Notes under the pieces: generated by a model
Database searches by the model: none
Told to the model about the DNA's origin: nothing
What the model saw: only the letters and a program-made list of their open reading frames with translations
Position numbers and translations under genes: made by a program
Shown here: one piece after another, positions 50,750 through 63,464 of the stretch
Layout: each line of letters begins with the position of its first letter
How positions within the stretch are numbered: position 1 is the first letter of the stretch
DNA from: Chlorokybus atmophyticus
Taxonomy: Eukaryota > Plantae > Mesostigma and Chlorokybus algae
Direction of reading: 5' to 3'
NCBI GenBank assembly: GCA_009103225.1
Contig: RHPI01002264.1
Coordinates: 269,727-333,726, forward strand
Length of the DNA: 64,000 bases

Positions 50750-51220
50750 AAGCACTAGGCGCGGCTTGAGAAGATCTTTTCAGGATGTGCCGTGAAGTGC
50801 GGCGGCGGCTTCGGCACAGCGCGGTCGCCGCCGAAGCGGAGGAGACCTCTGAAGTACGGCTGCAAGTAGAGGCAAGTCGCGGGCCCCTGTGTACAGCTGC
50901 GTCGTGGGGGCTGAAGCGCGCGGTAGTCCGCCGTAGCGAAGGCCCTGGAGTACGGCCGCCGTGCTGGGCAAGCAACGAAAGGTCGCCGCCGAAGCGGAAA
51001 GAGACCCCTGTAGTACAGCCGCGGATCGAGGCAGCTCGCGCGGTCGCTGTAGCGGAAGACCCATCAGACCCATCAGTACGACCGCGTGCCGGGCCCAGCA
51101 ACGCGGAAGTATTTACCCGACCGCGGCGCAAGCCAAAAACTTGCTGTGCGGCGGGGCCGGGATTTGCACCCCGGCCTCCCTGACCGAAGGCCGGCAGTCA
51201 TCCGACTGCACCACAGCCCC
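50750..51220 (-). mobile_element. Probable tRNA-derived SINE (tRNA-Arg-like head)
   Basis: Minus strand 51220-51150 reads GGGGCTGTGGTGCAGTCGGATGACTGCCGGCCTTCGGTCAGGGAGGCCGGGGTGCAAATCCCGG, with A-box-like TGGTGCAGTCGG, B-box-like GGTGCAAATCC and T-stem CCGGG/CCCGG. The CpG-rich body has internal repeats (GGTCGCCGCCGAAGCGGA..GAGACC twice). Confidence 0.55.
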
Positions 51221-51269
51221 GACAGGTGGTAGGTATCACTTATTCAAACTACGTCATGTTGAGACAAAT

Positions 51270-52830
51270 GGAGAAAGCCACTACGCTACTCTAGCAACCT
51301 CAAGTTGCGAACAATCTCGGCTGCAGTTGGCCGCATGGGTGCTTGCGCCGTGCATCGGACTGCCAATATTATCAGAGACGAATGCCTCTATGTCCATGGT
51401 ATCACGCATCAGCAGATCCACTAGCTCATTGGCAATGTCCCTCTCCACCTTGCTATCACCTATTCCATCCACAAAAACACATATATATGAGTGCGCATGC
51501 GTGCCTAACTCACAAGCCACTACGCATGTCAAATTTGGGTAACACATCACAACACGTGTTGGTACTATAACACAATCCAACATACTACAAACACACGCGC
51601 ATCGGTGTGACGGTGCTCGTGCCTTGTCACCTGTGAGTTGGTCCAATCCACAACCCTCTCACCAAGACACGGTATTCACACCGGAACCTTGCCCCCTCTG
51701 CCAAGCACACACGCGCGCCCCGCCACTCGCGTACGCACGCGCATGCGCTCGAAGCTACACACCGACTTGTGTAGCGCCTTGGATCGTCACACAAGCAAGC
51801 ACACACCGGTGGGCACACGCTAGCAACCCCTGCTAACCACCACCAAGCTTGCACACAAGAAACTAGGGAGCTAAAGGTTGTATTGCAAATTGTAGGATGT
51901 CACTTTTATACCTACCAGTCTGCACATGCTATTGTCTAGACGATTCTAGCGCTAGACGGAACTAGAAGCTAAGATATTCTTGCAGAATCTTGTAGTACAC
52001 TTCTAGACCTTTCCAACGCACCAAAGATCTCCTAATTTGCTGCTCATATGGTCAAGTTATACTACTTGGCGCCAGGCCCTTCCAGAAATCTGGTCGAGCC
52101 CTTCTCGACTGGCCCTCCGTTTCTGGCACCTTCCGGACTGGTCTTGGGGCCCCGGTCGATATCCGCGGCAGACTCATAACTCGCCGATATCCGCCACAAG
52201 TCATTAAAAACATGTACCTTACAAATAAGGCCTAAAACGGCCATGAAAATCACAGAATTTGGCCTTGACTGTTACAATCGGTTTGATGTCGCTTACCCAT
52301 AGTAAGAGGTGTTGCTCGCCCGAGGGTCTTCTTTCATGCAAAGGGCTTTCAAGCAGTCAACACCATCATCACGCCGAAGCTGTAGATATCGCTCTCTCGC
52401 ATTCTTTTTCCACTCGCCACATACTAATGCACACAACCACAGTCAACTTCACAAGCCACACATCCGCACATTCACATATAATAATTGTTGCAATCACGAC
52501 GTGAGGTGCGTGCATGCACATGCAACCACAAGGTGCAAGCGTGCTCTCACTCAGGGCTTATGCATCTAAACGTAACCACAATACGCGTGCTTTGAGTCCC
52601 TTCGAAGCTTTTGGCCAAGCCAAAGTCCGCAATCTGTCACATGAGGTGAGCCTTGTGTGGGCTTCACAAACCAACATGTAGTCGCTCCTCGCAATTGCTC
52701 TCACCCTGGGTGCAAGGTTTTCGTCCAGAAGCACGTTGTTGGGTTTGAGGTCGCGATGCACGACGGGTGTGTGTAGGTAGTCGCACCGCTGCATACGGTC
52801 AGGGATGTCCAGCAACAACTCCCATTTTGT
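51270..52830 (-). pseudogene. RLK/Pelle kinase pseudogene (subdomains VIa-XI only)
   Basis: Exons DYLHTPVVHRDLKPNNVLLDENLAPR / IADFGLAKSFEG / YVASGKRMRESDIYSFGVMMVLTA*KPF / ...ANCSRDCSQLEVARV*, with in-frame stops. Diverged from the other two kinases. Confidence 0.75.
51606..52276. mobile_element. Solo LTR related to the chromovirus LTR family
   Basis: TGTGACGGTGCTCGTGC...CTGTTACA flanked by 5-bp TSD ATCGG (51601-51605 and 52277-52281). Shares TTCACACCGGAACCTTGCC with the 8028/57347 LTRs. Confidence 0.85.
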
Positions 52831-53169
52831 TTAACTGGCTACCCCTCAAAGAAAACTTCACTGTGTTTGCAGTATTACACTTTGATCAGTAGTAGTACTC
52901 CCCGAACGCATTCCCTGTGGTAACCCTCAGTTCAAAGCCAGGTGCAATTTGAAACGTCTATGTAACCAGATGACTTCTCCAGCAAGCTGTTGACAAGTTA
53001 TGGATAGGTGTTTCGATCCCTGTTTGAGCCACCTCCATCCCGCCAATGTCATCCGCCACTTCAGCAAGTAGGTTAGCACTATTGTGTATAAGCAGCAGCA
53101 AGTTACGAACAGCCACTGGGTTGTGCTTGCCGCTAAGCAGTGCACAGACCAGGGAGCGACTAGGCCAGT

Positions 53170-53430
53170 CATGTCGTCAGCAAGTGTGTGACGGTGCTCT
53201 GACGTGACAGGGTAAGCAAGGAACGCGTCTTTCCCAGTTGCAGGCGGCCACTCTGTGTTAACTCGTAAGCAAACAAAGGGGATTATCTTATTTTGAGCCA
53301 GCTGCACCTCTAAGACCAGCGAATCAGTAGGCCAGCTGCGGACCGCACAATGCAGCCGTCAATGTCGTAGCTCAAATGACGCAGCGCCGTCTCTGTCAAC
53401 TCCCCCTAAACACAACGTAGATTCGTTGAC
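53170..53430 (+). promoter_or_regulatory. Conserved upstream module copy
   Basis: GAGCCAGCTGCACCTCT...GACCGCACAA...CAAATGACGCAGCGC...TCTGTCAACTCCCCCTAAACACAACGTAGA. Confidence 0.65.
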
Positions 53431-53622
53431 TGAGCAGCTTAACTTCACTCGCAGCCAGGCGAGTGAGGTCGTATCGCTAACATGCCTTAGAAAGGTTGCG
53501 TGTTTTAGAGTCTTCCAGCTGCCGAGAACAGAACCGCCAGCTGAAGATGAAGTGCTTGTGTCGAAGATCACCAGCAGACAACAGCGAACAGCACTGCGGC
53601 ATTTGCTTGTTGATTCGCGGTC

Positions 53623-53754
53623 ACGCTGCGCTGGTTGGTGGAGAGGCGGCTGTGGCTATGGCTGCTGCTGTTGTGCAATGGCACACAAATAGCAGGTTGG
53701 TCAGTGTGTCCATTTCGCCTCGTGTCCACTTCCATCATTTCATTTGCAGTGTGG

Positions 53755-53809
<55 letters not shown>

Positions 53810-54822
53810 NGTGGCACACGAGAGGCTGCCATCAACATCACATCCGTGCCATACTCGTACTGTGGCAGCACAGTTGGGGCAGGCAGCAACTATACTTTCA
53901 CCGCCGCATGCAATGCGACTGATGGGCCTGATGTTGTGTTCCGGTGAGCGCTGGCACAGGCTTGCGTCTGCGTATGCATGGTTTAGTCTCCTGTTGTCTC
54001 TTCATTGCACACGCTCAGGGCTAGTCAATGCGTCTCCTACCAGGTACTCTTCGGAGGAAGATGCTCTGGTGGACATTGGCACATGCACCTGCACCACGTT
54101 CGACACGGTGCTGTTTGTTTGCGACCAGCCGGATGGCTTGGGCAACTTTGACTGCCCTCTCGGGTGTGACGATGATGGCTGTGACACCATCTACTCTGGG
54201 TCTCGTGCGTCCCGGCTGACTGAGCTGCAATGCCGTGGCGGCAACACCTACTATAGCGTGAGTCTGGACCTGAAGGGTGAATGCGCTGCTGCACGTGAGT
54301 AGTAGTACTGACCACTCTGTGGGGCTACCAGTACGTAAGAGATTACGATGCTGAAGAGAGCGGCGACTTCCAGCTCACCATGAACTACACGGACTTGACC
54401 TACCATGCAGGTGGACATGCATGTTGCTGTACTGCACACGCAGCACGACACGTTTCCACGCACACAACGCTAAGCTGTGCATGTTGTGGCAGCAGGTGCA
54501 CCTCCCCCACCCCCCATCATCTCAAACCCGCCTCCCGCTTCCGTCTCCTCTCCTCTACCACCATCACCACCACTGTTGTTAGCACCGCCATCACCACCAT
54601 CGGCACAACCCCCTTTGCCCGCCGTCACGTCCCCTCCCGCGCCTGCTTCAAGCGTAAATGGTATGTTGTGGCGCTTCGTGTTGAGTCGCGCTACCACCAC
54701 CCACAGTCACTGTTGTTATGATGGCTTATGCAGGGGCGCTGGTGGGTGCAGCGGTGGTTGGTTCCTTGCTGGTGGTTTGCTTGTGGCAGGCACTACAACA
54801 CTCTTCATGTATTAAGACCTGA
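53623..54822 (+). pseudogene. Kinase-less paralog of the PPC-type receptor (ectodomain, stalk, TM, then stop); start codon ACG instead of ATG
   Basis: ACG CTG CGC TGG TTG GTG aligns with ATG GTG CGC TGG TTG GTG of the 25 kb gene, with an in-frame TGA four codons upstream. Exons ...[33 protein letters not shown]...GGNTYYS, DYDAEESGDFQLTMN, a PPPSPP stalk, and GALVGAAVVGSLLVVCLW...KT*. Confidence 0.72.
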
Positions 54823-56239
54823 AGATTGGATGATGCGAGCCACCAAAACTTAGTTACAAAAGTCAAATGCTTCAACATCTTTAAATGTCCAATGGAAAGT
54901 GCATTTTTTCCCTTTTCATTCAAAGACGCTATGCAACAATGGGTATGCGCTGGAGCAGGTTACAACTAGCTCCATGTAGCTAACACTACTTTGTAAGCGG
55001 CTGCTAGTAGCTACTTACCATAAGTTCTCCTTGCTTCAGTGTAAGTTATTTGAGACTCGTGGCAAGTGATAGCATAGACCATTGTGTATGTGTTCACATC
55101 AGCATGCACTTGTGCACAGATGCTGCATGCTGGTTGTAAGACCGCATCATGAGTCCAAGTGATTTGTACTTCTGCACGGTATTTCAAAGATATTCAGGTA
55201 AGCCTAGGTTATTAGCTTATCGCATGCAGTAGTGCAAACCGAGCGCAAGACCATGACATTTGCAGTCATGCAACGTGAGCTTTTGTATGGGCCACAAACG
55301 GTAACAACCACATTATACTATAATGTGGTTATAATAGTAATGCCGTTTATTGAGTGCGGACTTTTATCGCTATATATCTTTATCTATGCTATGCTTAGCG
55401 ATCCGCTGCATAGAACGGCGCAATCCTGTCAACAACACACGTCCCTAGGACAATTGTCCTGCTACAGCCTACCATGCAAAATCATACATCTAACGCTGTG
55501 CCTATATGAGCGTCCCCCCGCACCTCACCGGCGTGCTCCTTTCTTCATACACCCTCGCGAACAAGCCAAGCAGCCTGCACCGTTGCATGACGCATCGTGT
55601 TCAACCGTGTGGCGATAGGCATGCATAATTACTAAACGGTTCCATCAGGGCGTTGAACATGCAAATGACAGAACTTGCTGCATACATATAACCGCTTACC
55701 AATGTATAAACCGGCAACATATCCGTATCTTGAGCCACAGTGACTGTAGCAGCATCCAGCTAAGCTACAGTGAAACACACACGATTGGTTTAGGTGTTGG
55801 GTTGCCGCATGCCGCGCAATGCATAGACTTCTGTCGTGAACTCCGCTTTATTAACAGCACCGCTGCTGCATGTGTCCACCACCTTCACCACCGCTTGCCG
55901 CTGCAACATCAATGACATAGACATATGTTGGCGCTGCTGCAGCAAGTTGTTTCCTCGCGCGATATCATCATGCTCACCTCAGCCGAAAAAACGGCTTGGT
56001 AGACAGACCTAAATGAGCCCATGCCAACTTGTCCGTGGCAGCGGCCAGGACCTGCGGCGAAAGCGCCAGGCCGCTGCCGCCAGCCTATAACATTACAAAC
56101 ATCATTATCATCATCATTATCATCATCATCATCAACATAATAATGTGCAATGCCATATTACATGTCAGTTTAAGTTGGCCAGGCATCGACCATTGATTCA
56201 ATGGCGACGCACAACTCACTATATGAATTTCATGAGTTG

Positions 56240-57115
56240 ACCCATACATTCATATGGTGTAACATGTCTCAGGAGCCGCTAAATAATGAACCGGCAATCA
56301 ACCTTACTTCAATTGTGTAGTCAGCAAACTTACCTTGTGTTGGGGGAGGTTGATAGAAACAGCGCTGCGTTATTTGCAGCTGCCGTTGTGCGGTCCGGAT
56401 GGTCAAGTGGCCTATTGGTGGTGTGAAAGGTGCAGCTGGCTCGAGATAAGGTCACAAAACACGGAGCGGCTGTCGGTAACCTGAAGAGCCGCGTCCCATG
56501 CTTGTCCTGTTACGTCACAGCATCGTCGCACGCTTGGCGATTCAATGTCCCCTTCAAAGCCAATATAACGATGTCATGGAGATCAGCCGCCTCCATGCAT
56601 GGATTGCTTCCTTGGTGGTGAAGGGTCAAAGCAGCCTCCTACGCGGTGCCGCTGCGGTCCTCTTTGTTTTGACATCAAGAAGCGTTCACGCCGGTGGTTG
56701 CGGCATCGGACGGCGGCGGGGTGCGGGGCAGCGGCCCAAGTGACGTAGTAAGCCAAGCGTGACCAAGTGATTACGTCACTTGAGATATGTGTTACTAATA
56801 CTAATAGTTTACTCAAAGGTATCAGAGTGCCAAGTGACGCTAGCAGACTGCTCGAGCGACCGCGGCGTCAGCGCCGACGATGGCCAGCGGCAGGATGAGG
56901 GGTGTGGCCGGCATGTAGCTGCAGCAGCAGTCTGTGGATGATAATACTTGCGCTCTGTCATCTTTGCAAGCGCTTGCTTGTTTGACGTTCGTCTATACGG
57001 TGTAGATCGGTTGTCTTTGCGGGCTGCTGCATGCATTGGGGCCTGGGCCCAAACACACTAGCAGCAGTCGTGACCCGCTGGTTACTATCTAGTGGCTTAC
57101 GATCACCATGCATTG
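56240..57115. repeat. Inverted duplicate of 47740-48560 (orphan promoter module and truncated 5' end of a CTLD-RLK paralog)
   Basis: Reverse-complement similarity to 47740-48560; the homology stops where the CRE-like element begins. Confidence 0.85.
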
Positions 57116-57149
57116 CAATGTGATGGGCACAAACAGCATGGGTCCAAGA

Positions 57150-57346
57150 ATCATCAACATACAACTACTAGACATATGCATAGTAATCTGCTACGCCAAG
57201 TCCAATAAAGTCATGCCCGCCACATCCCCTAACTGTATCGCGAGCTGGCCCGGCGACTCGTGATGGGGCTGCCCGTACAGCACCCGCCGCCACAGCCAAG
57301 ATAGCGGATGCCTGAGAGCGCTGCAGAACGACGAAAACACGGTGGT
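57150..57346 (-). mobile_element. 3' end of an RLE-type (CRE-like) non-LTR retrotransposon
   Basis: Removing the Gypsy element and one TSD copy joins 63469 to 57341 in frame: ...FVQRLVA*FHHRVFVVLQRSQASAIL, matching the C-terminal 'R.SVALQR.NA.AI' motif. Confidence 0.7.
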
Positions 57347-57983
57347 TGTAACGATGCTCGTGCTCACATACACAGCACACAAGTCATACAACACATGTGT
57401 GCAGCTGAGCACAATCTTCACACCGGAACCTTGCCTTCACTCGCGCACGCACGCACGCGTCGAGCGCGCACACGCACACGAACACTATTACTTCTCACGC
57501 CAAGCAAGAACGCAGCAGTGTGCCTTGGACCACAACTCCCTCAAGCATGCACCAGCATACTCACAGCAGAGAGCAGAAAACAAAGTTGGTTGCATTACAC
57601 AGGGTTTTTCTATTTATACAAGCACTTAGGAAGAAATAGCCTAATTAACAGGCATTTCATTATTCACTACCAAATCTAAAGGCAGGTCCAAGTGCAGGCT
57701 CCCCGCCACGCGCGTTGGGCCTTCGGCGGCTGTGTGACTGTGCAGTCCGCGTCACCTGGCACTGCACAGCGCGTGTCCAGTCAGCGGCTGTGTCACAACC
57801 GCGTGACAGATGGGTCACGTCGCCGAATTAGCTGCTGTCGAGCAGGTCGCAGGCGAGTCGCGCGCGGCAGCAGGGCAGGCGCCACATGGGCTTAATAAAG
57901 CTCATAAAAGCCCTCATCAAGCCAGCAAAAAATGCAAAATAAGTACTTTATGTACAATAAAATACAAAAAATGCCCCAGGCTG

Positions 57984-60900
57984 TTACACCCCTTCCCCCC
58001 CGGGGGAGCTCCGTCCTCGAAGCTGACGACTGCCTCCTCTGGCCTTGTAGTCTTGCAAGACCTGTTTGGCATTGGTAAAGCTCTCCTCGGGCTCGTTTGT
58101 CGCCTCGTGCATTGGATAGCCACGCCACTTCACCAAATACTTGCGCACGCCTCGGATCAGATTGTCCGTGACAATTGCTTCCACTTCCCACTCAGCCTCA
58201 CCTTCACGAACCACATCTAGAGGCGGACGAGCTGGTGGCTCCCCTCGATAACCTTTAAGAAGCGAGACATGAAAAACAGGGTGCACATGCATGGTATTGG
58301 GCAGCTCCAGCTTGTAGGCCACCTTCGAGATGACCTTGATCACTTTAAAGGGCCCAAACCATCGCTCACTCAGCTTGCGCACCCCCGTGACCAGCTGCAC
58401 ATGCTTGGTTGAAAGCATTACAAGGTCACCCTCCTCGAACACAACATCCTTGCGACGCGCATCGGCGTATTGCTTTTGCCGGTTTTGCGCCACAAGCAGA
58501 GCCTCTCGAGCTGCCTTGGTAATGTCGGCACACCTTTCAAGAAAGCCGTCCACGGCCTCCACATCTGAACTTTGCATGCTAGGCACCCACGCCGTCAATG
58601 GCGTCAATGGATGTTGCCCATAGTTCATAAGGAAAGGTGTCACGCCCGTGCTTGCACTCTTGTGGTTGTTAATGGTGAACTCAATCAGCTCCAGCATGTC
58701 TCCCCAATTGTCTTGGCGGCTGTTCACATAGCACCGTAGCATGTCTTCGATGACGCGGTTGGCGCGCTCCGTTTGGCCGTCCGTTTCAGGGTGGTACGCG
58801 GCGCTGAACTTCAAGCTCGTGCCTAGAGTTGCGTAAAGAGCTCTCCAAAAGTTGCCAGTAAACCGCGGGTCTCTATCACTGATAATGCTTTTTGGAAGGC
58901 CATGAGAGCGCACCACATGCTTGATGAACAACTTGGCAGCCTCGGGAGCTGTGCAAGTCTCCGTACATGGCGCCAATCGCACCATTTTGCTAGTCTTGTC
59001 CACAAACACCAAGATAGCATCATGCCCTTCACGTGTCCGTGGCAGCCCCGTGATGAAGTCAAGAGTAACTTGCTCCCACTTCGTCAAAGGTATCGGCAAT
59101 GGTTGGAGCAGCCCACTGGCGCGTTGATTGCTCGCCTTCACCCTTTGACAAGTGTCGCACAATGCCACATAGTCCTTAACGTCACGATGCATCTCCGACC
59201 AGAAAAATTTCTGTTTCAACAAGGCTAGTGTCCGTTCCAGCCCTTGATGACCAGCCATTGGCACATCATGCGCTTCCTTCATCAATGCCACGCGCATGTG
59301 CGCAATGTTGGGTATGTACATGCGATCGCCATGCCATAGCAGCCCGTCCTTCAATGCCCAAAGGCCGCTATGTTCAGTCCCATTCTCCAACGCCTCAATG
59401 GTCTTCTCCCCCACCGCGTCCTCATGCAATAACGCACGGATCTGGTCAAGCCATTTGGGCTGCACTTGCACCACCATTTCAAGCGCGTTGAGTTGACGGC
59501 TTAATGCGTCCGGACCTTATTTGAACAGCCCGGCTTGTACTTCACTTCAAAGTCGAAGAGTTGGAAGAATTCGAGCCAATGAGCTTGCCGCCGTGAGAGG
59601 TGAGGCTGCGTTTGAAGGTACCTTAATGGCGAGTGGTCCGTCTCAAGTGTGAACCGCTTGCCTTCAAGGAAACAACGCCATTGCCGTAGCGCTAGCACCT
59701 GCGCCAGCAATTCCTTCTCATGAACGGGGTAGTTGAGCTCAGCCCCGCTCATCTTCTTGCTGAAATAGGCCACCGGTTGCAAGCCGTTGCCGTGATCCTG
59801 CTGCAAAACAGCCCCAATAGCCTTGTCGGACGCATCACACGCCACCACAAAGGGCAATTGCATGTTGGGATGCAGCAGCACGGGAGCCGATGTCAGGGCC
59901 TCTTTCAAGTCGGAAAATGCCTTTGTTGCAGCCTCCGACCAGCTCCAAGCCACCCCCTTCCTCAACGATGCCGTCAATGGTGCCGCCAAGTGCGAAAAGC
60001 CCTTTACAAACTTACGATAGTAGCCGGCAAGCCCTAGGAACGACATGACACCCTTCACGTCCTTCGGGGCAGCCCAATCGCGCACCGCGGCAAGCTTGCT
60101 TGGATCTGCCTTGATTCCTTGCTTGGATACAATGTGGCCAAGGTATTCTACCTCTTCAAGCAAGAAGCGGCACTTGTTGAGCTGAGCAAACAACTTGTGT
60201 GTACGTAAACGCTGCATCACCTCGTGTAGCAATGCCACGTGCTCTCTCTTGCTCTTTGTGTACACAAGGATGTCGTCGAGGTACACTAGCACGCCCTTGC
60301 CAATCAGATCAGCAAAGACCTCATTCATCAAGGTTTGAAAGGTTGCCGGAGCATTTGTCATGCCAAAGGACATCACCAACCACTCATAGTGGCCATAGCG
60401 AGTGTTGAAAGCCGTCTTCTCGACGTCTTCGGGCGCAACACGGATCTAATGGTAGCCACCAGCTAGGTCCAAGCTTGAGAAGAACTCAGCACCCTCGAGC
60501 TGCTCCAACAACTCATCAATGCGTGGCAAAGGGAACACATTCTTCTTGGTGATGTTGTTGAGTGGCCGATAGTCGATGCACATGCGCAAGGCTCCGCTCT
60601 TCTTACGTACAAATAGGATAGGTGCACCGTAAGGAGACTTGCTGTGCCTGATGTACCCACGTTGTAGAAGGTCCTCGACTTGGCTCCTCGCCTCTTCGAG
60701 TTCAGCCGGAGACAACTTGTACACCGGTCGGTACGGCGGCTTGTGCACGCCCTCTATCAGTTCCACACGGTGATCAACACTTCGCGTGGGTGGCAGACCA
60801 GCTGGTAGCCCATCCACCATGACGTCTTTGAACTCTTCAAGCAACCTCTGCACCTCGGGGTCCTTCGAACTCTCCGAACCAGTGCCGACCAGCTCCAAGT

Positions 60901-61669
60901 CCGACTTGGGAGGTGTCTCACGCACCATGCACAGCCATGCATCCTTCACATTGTTCCCGGACCAGATCTGCTCCATCTTGGTCTTAGAAACTTGTGACAC
61001 CAGCTCTGGAACCCCTCCCCTTGAGCTAGAAGCATGTTGTGGTGCAGCTTGCTGACGCGCCGTCGTGTCGTGCGCGTCACGCGCATGCAGCACATTGCTA
61101 GCAGCCTCGACGCAGCTCATACGCTCTTGAACCACACACGCGCCTTGCATTGAAGCATTGAAGCACATCAAAACCTCACCACCAGCTTCCGGGGTAGTGA
61201 GCACCCGCTTCCTCCAATCAATGGCGGGGTTATGTGACCAAAGCCAAGGCAGCCCCAAAATGCCATCAAAGCCGTTGTTCAGCTCGATGCAGCAAAACCG
61301 TAGGCGATCCTTCATCATCCCCACGTGCATTTCAAGCTCTTTGCTTTGCTTGGAAGCTCCTCCTGCTGGCGCATAGCCGTCCGCTAGAGCCACCGAGCCG
61401 GCATTTGCCCATGACAACCACTTGTGCCGACGCGCAACCTCACGACTCATGAAGTTGCTGTTCGCGCCGCAATCCACCAGCATTTTGCACTCCATCCATG
61501 GCCCATTGCCCTCACGGATCAGAGCCATGACTCCCAACAGCTGCCTCGCCTTGTCGGGCACTCGAACCATACCGCTTTGCGTTGCCGTTGCGCACATGCC
61601 GCCAACCGTCAACAACGCTTCCACGCCAGCCGCTGGACATTCAACATCATAGTGAGGCTGCATCACCAC
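57984..61669 (-). pseudogene. Gypsy pol (PR, RT, RNase H, integrase, chromodomain) with one nonsense change and one frameshift
   Basis: [11 protein letters not shown] protease and YLDD. CAG>TAG at about 60447 and a 1-bp deletion near 59512 relative to copy 1. Chromodomain WEVEAIV...YLVKWRGYPMHEATNEPE. Confidence 0.93.
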
Positions 61670-61711
61670 CTCAGCAGGAGCCTCTCCAGCTACTGAGGTG
61701 AGCCGTTTCCC
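61665..61711 (-). other. -1 programmed ribosomal frameshift signal (gag-pol)
   Basis: G GGA AAC heptamer in the gag frame at 61711-61705, followed after about 4 nt by the stem CACCTCAGTAG/CTGCTGAGGTG. A -1 shift enters the pol frame. Confidence 0.8.
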
Positions 61712-62736
61712 GGCTGCAACATCTCCTCCTCCACCATGTTCACGCGTCCACCGCTGCGAGCGTTGCGGGCATGTGCAGCAGACTTTGCCTTATAGATAGG
61801 GCAGTTGGAGCGCACGTGATCAGCAGAAGAGCACTCCCAGCACTTCCGAACAGCCTTGGCAGCCTCCCGACCCTTTGGGGCCTTCATAGCAACATGGAGC
61901 GCACCCAATTCCATTGGAGTTGGTCCCAAGCCAGCCCCCTGAGCTGCTGCAGCTCCCGAACCAGCCCCAACAGATGCGTATGAGCGATACGAACCTCCAC
62001 GGAAGTGATTGTAATGTCCACGATCAGTGTTTTTGGCAGCCCCCTTGAAGTACAACACGTCCGTGCGCTCAGCAATGCGAATGGCCTCCGCGAGAGTCTT
62101 GGCGTCACGAAGCTCAACTTCCTTGCGACAAAGAGTCTTCAACCCGCGCGTGTAGCGGTCCAGCTGCTCCTCCTCAGTCATGTTCGGTACAGAGAGCACA
62201 AGACGCTGAAACGCAGAGGTATAGGCCATCACGGACTGCGTTTGCACAAGCGTAGAGAGCTGGTCGCGTGCCGTCTTCACACTCTCCACCGGTACGAACT
62301 GTTTCTTCACCTCAGCAGCCAGCTCAGCCACGGTAGTGAAAGGAACCTCAAGACCAGCTTCCACACGAGCACAACGATGACGCCACCACACAAGTGCAGC
62401 TCCCTCAAAGAAAGTAGCAGCCACATCGACACGGAGATGTATAGGTACCTCGGTGAGCTTTAACCATGTCGAAACGGCAAACACCCACTCCTCCACACAG
62501 TCACCGTCCCTCTGACCCTTGAATGGCTTTGGTTTTGGTAGCTTCACATGACGAGAGGCTGATGGGGCAACCACAGGAGCTGTAACGGGCGTGGACGCGC
62601 GCGCTTGCGCCATGGCTTGTTGAAATTGTGCCGCTTGAGCTTGGGCAGATGCTTGGACACGTTGCAGCTCCTCATGAGCAGCTACCAGCACTTGCTGAAG
62701 CTCCACAACACGTGCATCATCCATGGTAGCGTCCAT
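61690..62736 (-). CDS. Gypsy gag with CCHC zinc knuckle
   Basis: [10 protein letters not shown], retrotrans-gag core ([27 protein letters not shown]), PTPMELG and [14 protein letters not shown]. Confidence 0.93.
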   Translation of the reverse strand: MDATMDDARVVELQQVLVAAHEELQRVQASAQAQAAQFQQAMAQARASTPVTAPVVAPSASRHVKLPKPKPFKGQRDGDCVEEWVFAVSTWLKLTEVPIHLRVDVAATFFEGAALVWWRHRCARVEAGLEVPFTTVAELAAEVKKQFVPVESVKTARDQLSTLVQTQSVMAYTSAFQRLVLSVPNMTEEEQLDRYTRGLKTLCRKEVELRDAKTLAEAIRIAERTDVLYFKGAAKNTDRGHYNHFRGGSYRSYASVGAGSGAAAAQGAGLGPTPMELGALHVAMKAPKGREAAKAVRKCWECSSADHVRSNCPIYKAKSAAHARNARSGGRVNMVEEEMLQPGNGSPQ

Positions 62737-63464
62737 AAACAGAGAAATACCTCACACACCAAAGAGATAGTTAATATCCCCTTAAAACAAGAAACCCAAC
62801 CCCTCCAAGGGCTCCGATACCACTGTAACGATGCTCGTGCTCACATACACAGCACACAAGTCATACAACACATGTGTGCAGCTGAGCACAATCTTCACAC
62901 CGGAACCTCGCCTTCACTCGCGCACGCACGCACGCGTCGAGCGCGCACACGCACACGAACACTACTACTTCTCACGCCAAGCAAGAACGCAGCAGTGTGC
63001 CTTGGACCACAACTCCCTCAAGCATGCACCAGCATACTCACAGCAGAGAGCAGAAAACAAAGTTGGTTGCATTACACAGGGTTTTTCTATTTATACAAGC
63101 ACTTAGGAAGAAATAGCCTAATTAACAGGCATTTCATTATTCACTACCAAATCCAAAGGCAGGTCCAAGTGCAGGCTCCCCACCACGCGCGTTGGGCCTT
63201 CGGCGGCTGTGTGACTGTGCAGTCCGCGTCACCTGGCACTGCACAGCGCGTGTCCAGTCAGCGGCTGTGTCACAACCGCGTGGCAGGTGGGTCACGTCGC
63301 CGAATTAGCTGCTGTCGAGCAGGTCGCAGGCGAGTCGCGCGCGGCAGCAGGGCAGGCGCCACATGGGCTTAATAAAGCTCATAAAAGCCCTCATCAAGCC
63401 AGCAAAAAATGCAAAATAAGTACTTTATGTACAATAAAATACAAAAATGCCCCAGGCTGTTACA

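Larger units (their letters stand above)
57347..63464 (-). mobile_element. Full-length chromodomain Ty3/Gypsy LTR retrotransposon, copy 2 (6118 bp)
   Basis: LTRs at 57347-57988 and 62824-63464 differ at only about 7 positions by eye. TSD GTGGT at 57342-57346 and 63465-63469. PBS TGGTATCGGAGC (tRNA-iMet type) at 62822-62811. PPT adjacent to 57989. Confidence 0.97.

Noticed and set aside
51150-51220. Functional tRNA gene
   Set aside because: The acceptor stem does not pair, the TTC of the T-loop is altered to TGC, and the D-arm is remodelled; a SINE head fits better.
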